A DNA stretch of 64,000 bases. Source: a virus. Its lineage: Duplodnaviria; Caudoviricetes. The stretch is from positions 145,975 to 209,974 of the IMG/VR virus record IMGVR_UViG_3300029288_004137; one strand, written 5' to 3'. The translations under genes and the position numbers were made by a program. This document shows positions 50,080-60,980 of the stretch, in pieces. The notes beneath the pieces were generated by a model. The model saw only the letters and a list, made by a program, of their open reading frames with translations, did not search any database and was not told the DNA's origin. The stretch's first letter is position 1. Each line of letters starts with the position of its first letter.

Positions 50080-53000
50080 CTATTTTATATCTTCACACTC
50101 ACCGTCTAAAACCTTTCCAGATCCACCACCATCCAACCCCAAAGAATCTTCCAATGCATCAGATATCGCATCACCTAAATTAAGAGCAAGATAAGCAAAA
50201 CCTAACCCACTTAACGGAGGACCAATTCCAAAAGGCGGAGGAATTAAATTAATAGGCAATAATCCTAAAGAAATTGGAGGAACTGGCAAACAAACCCCAG
50301 ATAATTTACCCATATCCGCAATGATTTTGGCTATCTTAATATTTGGATCTATTAATTCTGCTAATCCTTTCAAAATATAAAATGGTGCTTTAAATGCAAA
50401 TTTAGCAGAAATACTTGGGATTTTTAATCCACCACATCTTTTAACAAGTTCTGTGGCATTCTCTAAATCTTGTTTCCAGTCTTTATTATTAGAATCCTCT
50501 TGAACATAGTCATATCCATTACCATTTGTAAGCATATCAAAATCTCTAACAAGTTTTTCTTTGGTATCATAAAAGATTTTATCTATTCCTGGTATAGACA
50601 TTATTGATAAACAACAATACATAGTAACCAAAGAAGATATATCATTAATATTAACGCAATCATTGAATATAACATTATACACATCTTTTTTTTCTAGTTC
50701 TTTTAAAAGAAAAACAGATTTTTCTTTATAATCTTCTGACAAATGTACTTGAGAAAATCTTTTATCCATTCCTTCATAATCCTGTTCAAATGAACAAACA
50801 GGTATAGTATACCAAGGACGATAAGGTAATGAATCATTTGCAACAAATGTTTCTTCCAAATTAAAACACTTTTCTTTCATAGAAATAGATTCGTCATCAT
50901 ATTCTATAAATGTTATTGGGATACTTTCCTCTTGCTTTGGCATTAAATAAACAAGTCTCATCCCAAATTTTATATTCTTAAATATTTGATTTAATTTAAA
51001 ATTTAAAAAATAATCGCCATGATCATTTTTTTTTAAATAATTAATATAGTCACTAAAAGACTCTATATTACACACATTTTTTAAATAATCATTTCTTAAA
51101 GAGTTATTTATTTCATCCCAAAACACATTAACATAATCAAGATTTTCATTATTCTTTAAAAATTCTTCTTTTGAATAATCATCAACTCTAATATATCTTT
51201 CTATAAAGAATTCACCATTTTTTACAGAGAAAGTATTTTCTGAATTTAAATGAAACTGCCCAAATCTTTTTTCATCTTTATTCTTAGGAATCTCAATAAT
51301 ATTTATTTTTTTACTGTTATAAATATCTTCAACATACTTAGGAGATAATTTAATAACTCTTTCAAATTGTTTCAAAAAATCTGGTATTAATAATTTAACA
51401 TACACTTCTAGCACTTCTTCCCCAGACAAAGATTTATCTTGAGTTTCACTTATATATAACTTCAAAATCTGAGATAAAAACTTTGTTTTAAATCCTACCT
51501 CTATGTTTTCTAAATCCATAAGCATATGATCTTTTATAAAATTAGTTAAAATAACTTGATGATCATTACTAATTCTAAACGTAGAAGAAGGCATTAAAGC
51601 AAGAATATAAAATTCTGCAATATAAACCTTTGTTAATGTTAATAAAACACCCATCATTAAAGATTTTTCTATTGGTGACATATCTTCTGATAAACCACAA
51701 TCATTCTTAATTTCAGGAGGACAACTGCTATTATAATTATTCATAACAGCTTTTTTCAAATTATTAATATTCAAAAGACTCGGATCTATTCCACATTTTG
51801 CTTGTTCTATAGAAGGTTGTGGAGTAAAATTAACAAACTCTATAAAAGCATTTTTTTGTTTCATATAATTTGGTATTTCAATTGTAGAATCATTTAATTG
51901 ATTTGTATTTTCTTTCATTTTAAAAAATACTGATTTTGCTGCTTCTTTTGTAAAAATTGAAATTATATCACCAAACACTTTATTAAAAACCTTTTCTTTA
52001 AAATAATTTTCTTGAACAAATCCAGGATGCGCCCCAAGCGCTTTCCATCCATTTATCATTACCTTAGAAAAAACTTCTTCTTGCTTTGAATGATAAGATT
52101 GCTTAGATACATCAGATAAATAATAATCAAAATATGCTGAAAAATTATTAGAATCTATTTTTGTAGAAGAATACAAAATTGGTTCGGCAATTCCATCATA
52201 ATACTTCAAAATATTAATTTTGTATTTTGTTTCAGAATTATATATTGCTGGAAAACAAAAATCAATTCTCCAAGGATTACTCATTGATAAATCTTTTCCA
52301 GTAACTTTTTTTATACTCTCTTTTTGCTTATCATTTATCTGTATCGGTATATCAAATGAATATTTGATATAACCCGCTTCTTTATCATAACTTCTACTCC
52401 AAAATCCATCTTTCTCAAAAGAAAATAAATTATCATATAATATAGGAAGAACTTGACGATCTGTAATTTGTACCTCATAAGTTTCCTTCCAATCATCATC
52501 ATTTTTTAAATCTTCTTCATCAAATTCACCATTAGCAATTCTTCTCTTTAATTCAGGATTAATTCTATTATTAACTAAAACTGGTATTGAAATCTTTTCT
52601 TCTACATCTTGAACAAAAAATTGTGAAATATCCTTAACCTCTGAATTAAATGACATGTGAATTGGATCTAACATAGTATTGACTGTCCTTTTAACCATAA
52701 AATCTAAAGAAGGATGCGACTTGCCCATTATTCCTTCTGTTTTTGATCCATCACTATTTGTTTTACAAAAATATGGAGGTAAATTCTTTTTAACAGGATC
52801 TTTTAATAACTCCTTCAAATCCTCTGCCAATTTATCTCTTCTATCATTTGCTTTTTGAACTTGTTCGTTTATATCCTCTTCAGAAATGTTTTTCATATTT
52901 AACCAATTTCTTCTTAAATCTTCTCCAGATTCACAAAGACAATTTTCACCACCAACCGATCCTACTGTATATACAGAGATTTTTGAACACATTTCCTTAT

Positions 53001-55344
53001 CAATATTATCACCTATATATTTTAAAATATCTTCTAACCCATTTTCATGATATATAAAAAAATCTAATGTTTCTGAATATTTGGTTTTCAATATAGATAT
53101 AATAACTTCTTTTATTTCTTGCGTCATTTTTCCAGTAACAAGATCACATAATTCTTTTAAAGTTAATAAACTAGATACATCTCTAAAAAATAATCCCAAA
53201 TCTTCTTTTATTGCTTGTTGCTTATCACTTGTTTGATCATTGGCAAATAAATTTGTTACCATGTTCTTCATATGATCTGACTTGCTTTCAGACATAAAAC
53301 TTTCTAAATTTTCTTTACCAAAATTAAATAAATCACCTGGAAAATCTATGCAATCAAACTTTATTGCATCTAAAAGATTATATATTATTTGCATAATTAC
53401 ATCTTTTATCATTTCCATACCCAACTTTTCTAGTGCTATAACAAAATCTGCCAACCAATCAGAAATTGAAAGATTGTCTGGTAATTCTAACTGAGGAACT
53501 GTAGGTAGTTTTACATTTAATCCTATATCAAATCCACTTTGTGCAAGACAAGCTAGAGCAACTTTGGCTAAATTTTCTATACCATATTTGTTTAAAAATT
53601 TACCATAAGCATCTTTTAACATACCATCAATTTCTTTACTAAATTGTTCCCCTTGAACTTTATTAAAATCATCTATTTTTCTTCCAGCATCTTTAAAAAG
53701 ATTATGAATACCTTTTCTAAATCCTGTATCAGTTAATTTATCCCATTCTTCTTGAACTGATTTTCTAGTTTTATAAGTTTTTTTAAGTAAATCATCATAC
53801 AATCCAGTAAAATATGATCCTTTCGCAAGTTTTTCTGTATCTGATTCATACTCATCATCTATTATACCAAGTATAGAATCTTTTAAACTTAATGAATAAG
53901 AAGAATATCCATCACTCCCACCATCAAAACTAGGATCTGTATAAAGAATAACCGGATCAGGATAAATATATGTATTTATAAACTTTTCAAATTTAAGAGA
54001 ACTTTCCAATATTTCATCTATATGAAAAATATATGTCAATATTTTTTTATCATTCATTGGAACTTTGCTTCTTAAACTAGATAATCCTACCTTTAAATCT
54101 TTAAAATATCCACATCTATTAAACGAAATATGCGTTATTTTATCAACACCTGTTTTTTGATCTGGACCTAAAGACAAAGACCCATCTTTTAAATATTTTT
54201 CGTATTTTTCTCTTCCATAATCTACATATTGTTTCGCTTTTTCATATTCTGATCTATTTTCTGAAAGAAAAATATAAATTTCTTTATATTGTTGCTGCTT
54301 ATTTAAATCAATTGTTTCACTTCCGTATGCAACACCATGATCATAATCGAGATTAACATCTTTTTCTATATAATCAATAAATTTTTGATCAATCTGTTTT
54401 TCTAAACTAAGAAGAAATTCATGTTGCTGCTCATATGTTTCTACAAAAGAAAGATTGTTTTCATATTCATTAACATTGAAAGAAGCATCTTCCAATAACT
54501 TTTCAAAATCTGTTTTTCCATAAACATTTGTTTTGAATCCTATTTCTATCATATCTTCTCTGCTATCATCAAAAATATATCCATTAAACTCAATAAATTT
54601 AATTATATTGTTCTTAAACTGTTCAAGACGATCTATATCTCTTTGAGGATTATAATCATTTATGAATCCAAAAAAAGATTCATAATCACTCTTATATTTT
54701 ATAAATAAATTTTGTAATTCATTTATTTTTTTAGAAAAATATGAAGTATTAAAAATTTTTATATTCGGTTCTTCATTATCTATCTCTTCTTCATTTTCTT
54801 CAAATTTTTGAAATTTTAATTTAAAATTTTCATCAGTTATACCAATAAGAAATTTTATTTTTGCAGTTGGTCTTGGAGGAATATAAAATTCATAAGCATT
54901 AAATATACCACTACTTAACACATCTTTTATATTATCCTTTTTTTTATTGTAGAAATCAAAAAATATAGAAACACCATCTTGTAATGCTTCAAATCTAATC
55001 TCATCTTTTTTTTCACCAAATGTTTCGTATTCTGTCAAAATAGATACAAAATACATTTTTAAACTACCATCATAATAAACCTCTTCAATATTTTTCTTTG
55101 TCCAATCAATCGATGGATATTTTTCTGTACCAAAATTTATTTGTCTTTGCTTTTGTAAATCTTCAAATGAAAGAGTTGAAGATTTCTTAACTGTTTCTAT
55201 TTGTGGAAAAAACTGATTCTTCCATGGTTGAAAAAAATCAGGATTCAACATACCTTGAATAAAATCTTCAGAAGAAAAATCTGTTTCTATATCTTTAAGA
55301 TCACCATCTAAATTATTCTGAATTATAGAATTAAAATTTGGCAT
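50080..55344 (-). CDS. Very large hypothetical protein (baseplate region)
   Basis: 1754 aa between spike-like genes and gp25; no motif recognised. Confidence 0.6.
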   Translation of the reverse strand: MPNFNSIIQNNLDGDLKDIETDFSSEDFIQGMLNPDFFQPWKNQFFPQIETVKKSSTLSFEDLQKQRQINFGTEKYPSIDWTKKNIEEVYYDGSLKMYFVSILTEYETFGEKKDEIRFEALQDGVSIFFDFYNKKKDNIKDVLSSGIFNAYEFYIPPRPTAKIKFLIGITDENFKLKFQKFEENEEEIDNEEPNIKIFNTSYFSKKINELQNLFIKYKSDYESFFGFINDYNPQRDIDRLEQFKNNIIKFIEFNGYIFDDSREDMIEIGFKTNVYGKTDFEKLLEDASFNVNEYENNLSFVETYEQQHEFLLSLEKQIDQKFIDYIEKDVNLDYDHGVAYGSETIDLNKQQQYKEIYIFLSENRSEYEKAKQYVDYGREKYEKYLKDGSLSLGPDQKTGVDKITHISFNRCGYFKDLKVGLSSLRSKVPMNDKKILTYIFHIDEILESSLKFEKFINTYIYPDPVILYTDPSFDGGSDGYSSYSLSLKDSILGIIDDEYESDTEKLAKGSYFTGLYDDLLKKTYKTRKSVQEEWDKLTDTGFRKGIHNLFKDAGRKIDDFNKVQGEQFSKEIDGMLKDAYGKFLNKYGIENLAKVALACLAQSGFDIGLNVKLPTVPQLELPDNLSISDWLADFVIALEKLGMEMIKDVIMQIIYNLLDAIKFDCIDFPGDLFNFGKENLESFMSESKSDHMKNMVTNLFANDQTSDKQQAIKEDLGLFFRDVSSLLTLKELCDLVTGKMTQEIKEVIISILKTKYSETLDFFIYHENGLEDILKYIGDNIDKEMCSKISVYTVGSVGGENCLCESGEDLRRNWLNMKNISEEDINEQVQKANDRRDKLAEDLKELLKDPVKKNLPPYFCKTNSDGSKTEGIMGKSHPSLDFMVKRTVNTMLDPIHMSFNSEVKDISQFFVQDVEEKISIPVLVNNRINPELKRRIANGEFDEEDLKNDDDWKETYEVQITDRQVLPILYDNLFSFEKDGFWSRSYDKEAGYIKYSFDIPIQINDKQKESIKKVTGKDLSMSNPWRIDFCFPAIYNSETKYKINILKYYDGIAEPILYSSTKIDSNNFSAYFDYYLSDVSKQSYHSKQEEVFSKVMINGWKALGAHPGFVQENYFKEKVFNKVFGDIISIFTKEAAKSVFFKMKENTNQLNDSTIEIPNYMKQKNAFIEFVNFTPQPSIEQAKCGIDPSLLNINNLKKAVMNNYNSSCPPEIKNDCGLSEDMSPIEKSLMMGVLLTLTKVYIAEFYILALMPSSTFRISNDHQVILTNFIKDHMLMDLENIEVGFKTKFLSQILKLYISETQDKSLSGEEVLEVYVKLLIPDFLKQFERVIKLSPKYVEDIYNSKKINIIEIPKNKDEKRFGQFHLNSENTFSVKNGEFFIERYIRVDDYSKEEFLKNNENLDYVNVFWDEINNSLRNDYLKNVCNIESFSDYINYLKKNDHGDYFLNFKLNQIFKNIKFGMRLVYLMPKQEESIPITFIEYDDESISMKEKCFNLEETFVANDSLPYRPWYTIPVCSFEQDYEGMDKRFSQVHLSEDYKEKSVFLLKELEKKDVYNVIFNDCVNINDISSLVTMYCCLSIMSIPGIDKIFYDTKEKLVRDFDMLTNGNGYDYVQEDSNNKDWKQDLENATELVKRCGGLKIPSISAKFAFKAPFYILKGLAELIDPNIKIAKIIADMGKLSGVCLPVPPISLGLLPINLIPPPFGIGPPLSGLGFAYLALNLGDAISDALEDSLGLDGGGSGKVLDGECEDIK

Positions 55345-55352
55345 ATGTTTCC

Positions 55353-56279
55353 CTAATTTGTATTATTATATCTGCTGTTTATATATTTAGATCCAGCAGG
55401 ACTAAAATAATTTAATTTAAAATTAATTAAATTCTGTTTTATTGATAATATAGATGTTTTCGCTTTCGTAGTAAAATCCATCATGGTTTTCAAACCTGCT
55501 GTTTGAACTGGAAAAGAAGGAGAAGTCATAAGTCCATAAAAAGGAGAAATATGAGTATGGTTTGTAACTGCTTCATTCATTTTCATTTGTGCCATTAAAA
55601 TAACATCTACAATACTTACAAGTTTATCAACATGAAAAACAAGTCTTTCTAAAGATTCTGCAAGACTATCTCCTTTAGGAATTGGTTGCATATCTGTATC
55701 GTCATTTCCAGCAATTAAATCTATACCATTAACTGCATATATCGGCTGACCAGCAGAATTTTTAACATCAGTCCTTGTTACTAACTTAATTCCTTCTCTA
55801 CCTATAATTCTTATAGAATCAGCCTTAATAGCTACTGAGGATTTAGCATTAACTTTTCCCACTTTTCCAGCAACTATTTCAAAATTTTTATCGACATCTG
55901 ATTTTTGACTTATCTGAATTCTTGCTGCATCTTCTTTAAACGAAGGATCTGCATATATTGTATTTCCTTCATTATCAACTTGAATTGGATTTTGACTCAT
56001 CCTCCCAACAATCAAATCAATACTTCCTGCTCCTGTATGTCCCTTTCCACCATAACCACTCAATTTACTTGCTGGTCTATCTCTACCTAATACTATCCAT
56101 GAATTATTTTTTCCTTCAATGACAATTTCACAAGGCGCAGCATTATATTTTGGAAATGGTTCTTGAAATATATCATTTGCTATACCACGCTTTTCAACTT
56201 GTTTATCTAAGGATAATTTCTGGATCGATTGTTCAATCACAGGCTCAAGTCCAGTTATTTTTATTTCTTTATCTGGCAT
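55353..56279 (-). CDS. Baseplate spike-like protein (gp5 C-terminal type)
   Basis: IVLGRDRP, AIKADSIRIIGREGIKLVT beta-helix-like region, NHTH metal-binding tip motif. Confidence 0.55.
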   Translation of the reverse strand: MPDKEIKITGLEPVIEQSIQKLSLDKQVEKRGIANDIFQEPFPKYNAAPCEIVIEGKNNSWIVLGRDRPASKLSGYGGKGHTGAGSIDLIVGRMSQNPIQVDNEGNTIYADPSFKEDAARIQISQKSDVDKNFEIVAGKVGKVNAKSSVAIKADSIRIIGREGIKLVTRTDVKNSAGQPIYAVNGIDLIAGNDDTDMQPIPKGDSLAESLERLVFHVDKLVSIVDVILMAQMKMNEAVTNHTHISPFYGLMTSPSFPVQTAGLKTMMDFTTKAKTSILSIKQNLINFKLNYFSPAGSKYINSRYNNTN

Positions 56280-56291
56280 TTTTACTCCTAT

Positions 56292-57665
56292 TTAACCAGA
56301 AAACATTCCACCACCCCAAACCTTCTTCAATATTCCTTCTGGAACTTGATTAATTGTACTTTCAGGATGTACTTGTGCTAAAAAGTCTCTATAAGTTTGC
56401 CCTTTTTCTATTGGTCTTTGTTCATAATGCCACCATTCAGAATATTTTGTTTCACCTTTTACAAAAAATCTATCTTTTCCATTAATTCTAAAAAATCCAA
56501 AATCAGAAAATATTTTTGTTAAATCTACAAAAATACCTGTAACATTAATTATTTTAAGTTCTTTTGGATTTTTTGTTTCCACAATTTTTCTTACAGATAT
56601 AGCATCCAATGTTTTCTCTTCAACTATATATCCTTTATATGATGTCCCAACTGTTTTGTTAGATCTTGCATAAACATAAAACTTTCTAGGTCCATCTCTT
56701 ACAACAACATATTCATCTTTTTTAGGATCATGAGGCCAATCATAAGGTCCAGATCCTAGATATAGATCTATTGCTACACCTCCTAAATGCAAACTTGGGC
56801 AATCCAATCCTTTACCTGGAGAATCTGCTGATGTTCCAGATGAGCAAAGCACACATCCTAAATTATTTAATATATCTTTTATTTTAAAAAAAGCATCTGC
56901 TGTATCTTCTCTCAATTTTGCATCAGGATATGGTCCTACTACAGAAGCACCTACATTTTTTGTAGCAGCACCAAATCTAGGCATATCAAAAGTAACTTTT
57001 ATCAATTTATATTTTTTAGATGAATTTGCCTCTGTCCCTTTTACCTGAACATTAAAAGATTCCAAAGTTACAGGACTGGCTTGACCTGTTTGATCTCCCA
57101 ATGCTATTTCATTATTTGCAGTATTTACCTGAACGTACTTACCACTTCCAACATCATAATTGGCAAATACATCTATATATACTGGATCTGTTAAATTCTT
57201 TCTATTAAGAAAATCAACAACTACTATATCACCTGGCATTGCCTCTGACAATCCAGGTTTAGTTTCATAAAAAGTAGGATATAAATCTATTAAATTTTGT
57301 ATCTCTTTATCACTTTCTGAGGAGTTAGAAGTTATTTTATCAAAAAGTTCTTCAGGATATGGAAGCCAAGAATGTAATTCTGGTATTCTAACTTTATATC
57401 CTTTTAATTCTGGTATGTCTTTATTAGAACCAAAGAACACAGGGAAAATCCATGACGCAGGATTTGATAATTGTCCTCCTATTGATCGTTCTCTTCTTAA
57501 AACTATTCCTTTAAATGGACCTAAGGAATCTAAAGAATTAGGTGTATATACTTTTTTCGCTATTTGTCTAATTGTAGTAAAAAAATCTGTATCTTTTAAA
57601 ATTGATTGAGTTTTAGAAACTTTTACTGGATTTAATGCCCCAAATCCATGTTCTTTGTTTGACAA
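56292..57665 (-). CDS. Baseplate hub-like protein with C-terminal M15-family peptidoglycan peptidase
   Basis: N-terminal KVRIPELH..P.GDIVVVDF (gp5 OB-fold-like); SLHLGGVAIDL and EWWHYE zinc-peptidase motifs. Confidence 0.7.
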   Translation of the reverse strand: MSNKEHGFGALNPVKVSKTQSILKDTDFFTTIRQIAKKVYTPNSLDSLGPFKGIVLRRERSIGGQLSNPASWIFPVFFGSNKDIPELKGYKVRIPELHSWLPYPEELFDKITSNSSESDKEIQNLIDLYPTFYETKPGLSEAMPGDIVVVDFLNRKNLTDPVYIDVFANYDVGSGKYVQVNTANNEIALGDQTGQASPVTLESFNVQVKGTEANSSKKYKLIKVTFDMPRFGAATKNVGASVVGPYPDAKLREDTADAFFKIKDILNNLGCVLCSSGTSADSPGKGLDCPSLHLGGVAIDLYLGSGPYDWPHDPKKDEYVVVRDGPRKFYVYARSNKTVGTSYKGYIVEEKTLDAISVRKIVETKNPKELKIINVTGIFVDLTKIFSDFGFFRINGKDRFFVKGETKYSEWWHYEQRPIEKGQTYRDFLAQVHPESTINQVPEGILKKVWGGGMFSG

Positions 57666-57667
57666 AA

Positions 57668-57970
57668 TTATTCTCCATTGCTTTGAGAATCTAATTCATC
57701 AAGATCTTTTTGAGAAAGTTTTTCATCTTCTTTTACACTTTTTTTATCTAATATTTGAACTATTTTGACCAATTGTTCATTGCTTCTTTGTAAGGTTTCT
57801 AACAACTTTGAAGCAACAATTCCATTTTCTTTAAATGAAGCACCACCTTGTGATTTCATTTCTTGAATTAAATTGTGTAATATGTATGAAGCGTTGCCTC
57901 TATCTTCATCTATATTATCAAGTGCATTTTTCAAATACTCTTCTGTCTTCTCATTTCTATTCATTGTCAT
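57668..57970 (-). CDS. Hypothetical protein
   Basis: Helical ORF; LETLQRSNEQLVK. Confidence 0.6.
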   Translation of the reverse strand: MTMNRNEKTEEYLKNALDNIDEDRGNASYILHNLIQEMKSQGGASFKENGIVASKLLETLQRSNEQLVKIVQILDKKSVKEDEKLSQKDLDELDSQSNGE

Positions 57971-58664
57971 ATTCCTTCTTCATTTTACCATATTTATCTC
58001 GTATTTTATTCAAACACAAAACAATTTGTTTTGTATTTAATCCCGTTAATTCTCTAAGATATAAATAAATAGCCTTCTTATTAAAAATATCTATGCTATC
58101 TGATTTTTGAAAAAGAATTCTTATTCCATCACAAACTTTTTCTTCATTTATTGAAGTTCCTTCATCTTTCCACTTTAAAAAATTTTCCCAAAGTATATCA
58201 TTAAACTCTTTTTTTTCTCTTCGTTCTTCATATTCATTGGAAAAACTAACAAATTCCTCTTCATCTTTTCTAGAAATATCTTCTATACATTTTGCTTCTT
58301 TAAATGATTTTTTAACTTTTTTAGTTTGATGAATAAACCAATTCTTGGTTATTACAGAAAAATAAGAAAAAGCTTTCTTACCTTTTGTATGATCAAATTT
58401 CTCTAAAATTGTTGTTAACCATATTTTACACTCTTCTTGAAGTTCTTCTACATTAGGTAATGTCACAAATTTATATGTATATACTATTTTATCTACCATT
58501 TCATTAAATGCTGGCTCTATGATCTTTATATAAATCTGTTCTTTCTTTTTTCTATCTGTTGATGATACATATTCTATTATTGCATCTTCATGCAACTGCG
58601 TAAAATACATCTTATTTATTTCTTCTTTATTCTTTTTCTTCAAGTTCTTCTCCTTCATCCTCAT
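57957..58664 (-). CDS. Late-transcription sigma factor, T4 gp55-like
   Basis: YFT..HEDAIIEY; region-2-like KFDHTKGKKAFSYFSVITKNWFI; FNKKAIYLYLRELTGL. Confidence 0.7.
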   Translation of the reverse strand: MRMKEKNLKKKNKEEINKMYFTQLHEDAIIEYVSSTDRKKKEQIYIKIIEPAFNEMVDKIVYTYKFVTLPNVEELQEECKIWLTTILEKFDHTKGKKAFSYFSVITKNWFIHQTKKVKKSFKEAKCIEDISRKDEEEFVSFSNEYEERREKKEFNDILWENFLKWKDEGTSINEEKVCDGIRILFQKSDSIDIFNKKAIYLYLRELTGLNTKQIVLCLNKIRDKYGKMKKEYDNE

Positions 58665-58944
58665 TAGATTTTTCTATAAAAGAATTCATATTAACTACTG
58701 TTTCTAAAAAATTCGATATATATTCAGTTTTATTAATTAATTCTTTTACTTTTAAATCATCCGAGGGAAGCACTTTTTTGAAGAGTTCATCGATGTATAT
58801 ATAGTATTCCCTAATTGCGTCTAGAACCTCTTCAAACTCAATTACGGACCTCTCCTGCTTAATCATAACCCTTCTTATGAACCATACAAGAATAACATTT
58901 ACTAATACCGATAGAAAAAATAATAACAACAAAACATAAATCAT
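58627..58944 (-). CDS. Membrane-anchored hypothetical protein
   Basis: N-terminal TM helix. Confidence 0.55.
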   Translation of the reverse strand: MIYVLLLLFFLSVLVNVILVWFIRRVMIKQERSVIEFEEVLDAIREYYIYIDELFKKVLPSDDLKVKELINKTEYISNFLETVVNMNSFIEKSNEDEGEELEEKE

Positions 58945-59201
58945 TTATTCTCCTTTTCACCCAATTTTAAAGTTTTTTTAGAATTATTTAATTTTTCTTT
59001 TGAATAATCAATTGCCTCTCTTATTTTCTTATCTTTATTCTTTTTTTTGTATGTTGTTGCTTCACTTTTTCTATTCCAAATTCTAGATAAGTTCCCATCA
59101 ACTTTACAATTTAAACAAATTGTAGGTTCTTTGTCATTAAATAAAACATTGTATTCTTTAGTTTGTTCACAACTTGAACAAAAATAATCAATCTTTGGCA
59201 T
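58941..59201 (-). CDS. FmdB-like zinc-ribbon protein
   Basis: MP..DYFCSSC...CLNC...LSRI. Confidence 0.65.
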   Translation of the reverse strand: MPKIDYFCSSCEQTKEYNVLFNDKEPTICLNCKVDGNLSRIWNRKSEATTYKKKNKDKKIREAIDYSKEKLNNSKKTLKLGEKENK

Positions 59202-59209
59202 TTTATTTT

Positions 59210-59437
59210 TTAATTAATCTCGCCGTTTCCTGGAACGAGGAAGTCATTCTCTAAAGACGTTTCAATTGGCGATTTAATTACATGAGGATTTGTAACAACA
59301 AGTCCATCGGGTGAATTTTGTAATTCATACTCCATCAATAATTCAGTCATATCACAATCTTTTTCTTCTGCTGCTAACAAAAGACTCTTTTGAATCGCCA
59401 TCATAATTGCCCCAACCGCTTGAATCGAAAGTTTCAT
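59210..59437 (-). CDS. Hypothetical protein
   Basis: GGAG RBS and clean ORF. Confidence 0.6.
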   Translation of the reverse strand: MKLSIQAVGAIMMAIQKSLLLAAEEKDCDMTELLMEYELQNSPDGLVVTNPHVIKSPIETSLENDFLVPGNGEIN

Positions 59438-59451
59438 TTTTAATCTCCAAT

Positions 59452-60237
59452 TTAATTAAATAAATAAAAATCAGTATCAGACAACTGTTTTATGGTTTCA
59501 ATATGAAAATCTTTTTTAATAATTTTAATTGCATCTTCTATTAAATAAGAAGTTGGATTATAAGGATTTTTTGAAAAAGCAATTAAAAAATTCTTACAAT
59601 CAAACCAGTTTTTACTTTTAACATACTCTAAACAAAGAGGAGAACTTTCTGTTAAAGCCCAAGTAGTTATAAAAGAATCACACTTTAACTCTATCTCTTT
59701 TAGCATATCTACACTAATAAGATTTATGCAATGTTCTTTAATTAATTTTGTATCTTTAAACATATTGACTTCAAACCAACTTGATAAGTATCTTTGTTGT
59801 ATTTTATTCATCTCTTCAAAATCTATAATAATATATGTTACATTTTTTTTATCTCTATTTATAATTTTACATAAACCTCCAAAACCACCACCCCATTCTA
59901 TAACCCTATTGTTATCATTTACAATTTCCTTCTTCATTCTTTCAAAATATCTGAACAAATGAAAATTATGATGTATAAATGAAAAGTTTGTTTGTACTCC
60001 TTTTTCTGTAAAAATTGGATTACCAAAACATGAATCTTCTTTTAATTTATTTAAAAACATCTCTCTCGGCATATTCTTAAATAAATAGTCAAACTCATAT
60101 TCGCCCCAAGGAGCTCTCCCAGATACCATCATTGATGCTATTTTAGGATCTGCCATAAACCTGTCAATAATATTATCCATATTTTTTTCAAGATATTTCA
60201 TAATATTAAACCAAGTATCCGTCATGTATTCTTTCAT
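59452..60237 (-). CDS. Putative SAM-dependent sugar O-methyltransferase
   Basis: VIEWGGGFGG, YIIIDF....IQQRYL, FITTWALTE. Confidence 0.7.
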   Translation of the reverse strand: MKEYMTDTWFNIMKYLEKNMDNIIDRFMADPKIASMMVSGRAPWGEYEFDYLFKNMPREMFLNKLKEDSCFGNPIFTEKGVQTNFSFIHHNFHLFRYFERMKKEIVNDNNRVIEWGGGFGGLCKIINRDKKNVTYIIIDFEEMNKIQQRYLSSWFEVNMFKDTKLIKEHCINLISVDMLKEIELKCDSFITTWALTESSPLCLEYVKSKNWFDCKNFLIAFSKNPYNPTSYLIEDAIKIIKKDFHIETIKQLSDTDFYLFN

Positions 60238-60980
60238 ATTTTTTTCTCCATTGCTTTAAAAATTTCTTCTGCATTTAAAATTATATCTATATCAGAATCT
60301 TTAAATTGACAATCATATAATTCTTTTTCGTAAGAAGATTTTCTTAAATCAGAATTAAAATTTATATTCTTATTGAAAAACCTTCTTATATAATCAATAG
60401 AAACCGAATTTGAACATAAATTATAAGTTAATGATTTTTTGCTAAAACCATTTTTATTAACTTCTCTATGTATAATATTAAATAAATCATCAATTCTAAC
60501 AAAACGCAAATAGCTATCTTCTGTTAAATATACTTTTTTATCGTTAATAATATCATAAATTAAACCTTTTTTCATATCATTCCCTAAAACACTTGCACAT
60601 CTTATTATAGTACATATTTTATTGTTTTGTTCACAGTAATTTAATAAAATATTTTCACCAATCTTTTTATGTAACCCATAAAAAATATTCAATTTATAAA
60701 TTGAATCAATTGAAGAAATTAATATATATTTATCAAACTTTATCTCTGTTATCCTTTGTTCTAATTCTATAACATTTTTTTCATAATCATAAACATGATC
60801 ATTTAATGATAAATATTTTTTACTATTACCAGCACAATCTATAACAACTTCATAATCTTCCTGTATCATTTGTTTATAGTTTTTTCTTGTAATACCATAA
60901 ACATCAAAACTTCCTTTCTTTAATAAAAGAAATAACTCAGAACCTATAAATCCATTACTTCCTATTACAGCAATCTTCAT
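60234..60980 (-). CDS. NAD-dependent epimerase/dehydratase (extended SDR)
   Basis: GSNGFIG, ISS, YGLHK (YxxxK). Confidence 0.85.
   Translation of the reverse strand: MKIAVIGSNGFIGSELFLLLKKGSFDVYGITRKNYKQMIQEDYEVVIDCAGNSKKYLSLNDHVYDYEKNVIELEQRITEIKFDKYILISSIDSIYKLNIFYGLHKKIGENILLNYCEQNNKICTIIRCASVLGNDMKKGLIYDIINDKKVYLTEDSYLRFVRIDDLFNIIHREVNKNGFSKKSLTYNLCSNSVSIDYIRRFFNKNINFNSDLRKSSYEKELYDCQFKDSDIDIILNAEEIFKAMEKKI

Noticed and set aside
50080-55344. 1754-aa protein as tape measure protein
   Set aside because: Lacks the Ala/Gly-rich helical repeat character and is Cys- and aromatic-rich; function left unassigned
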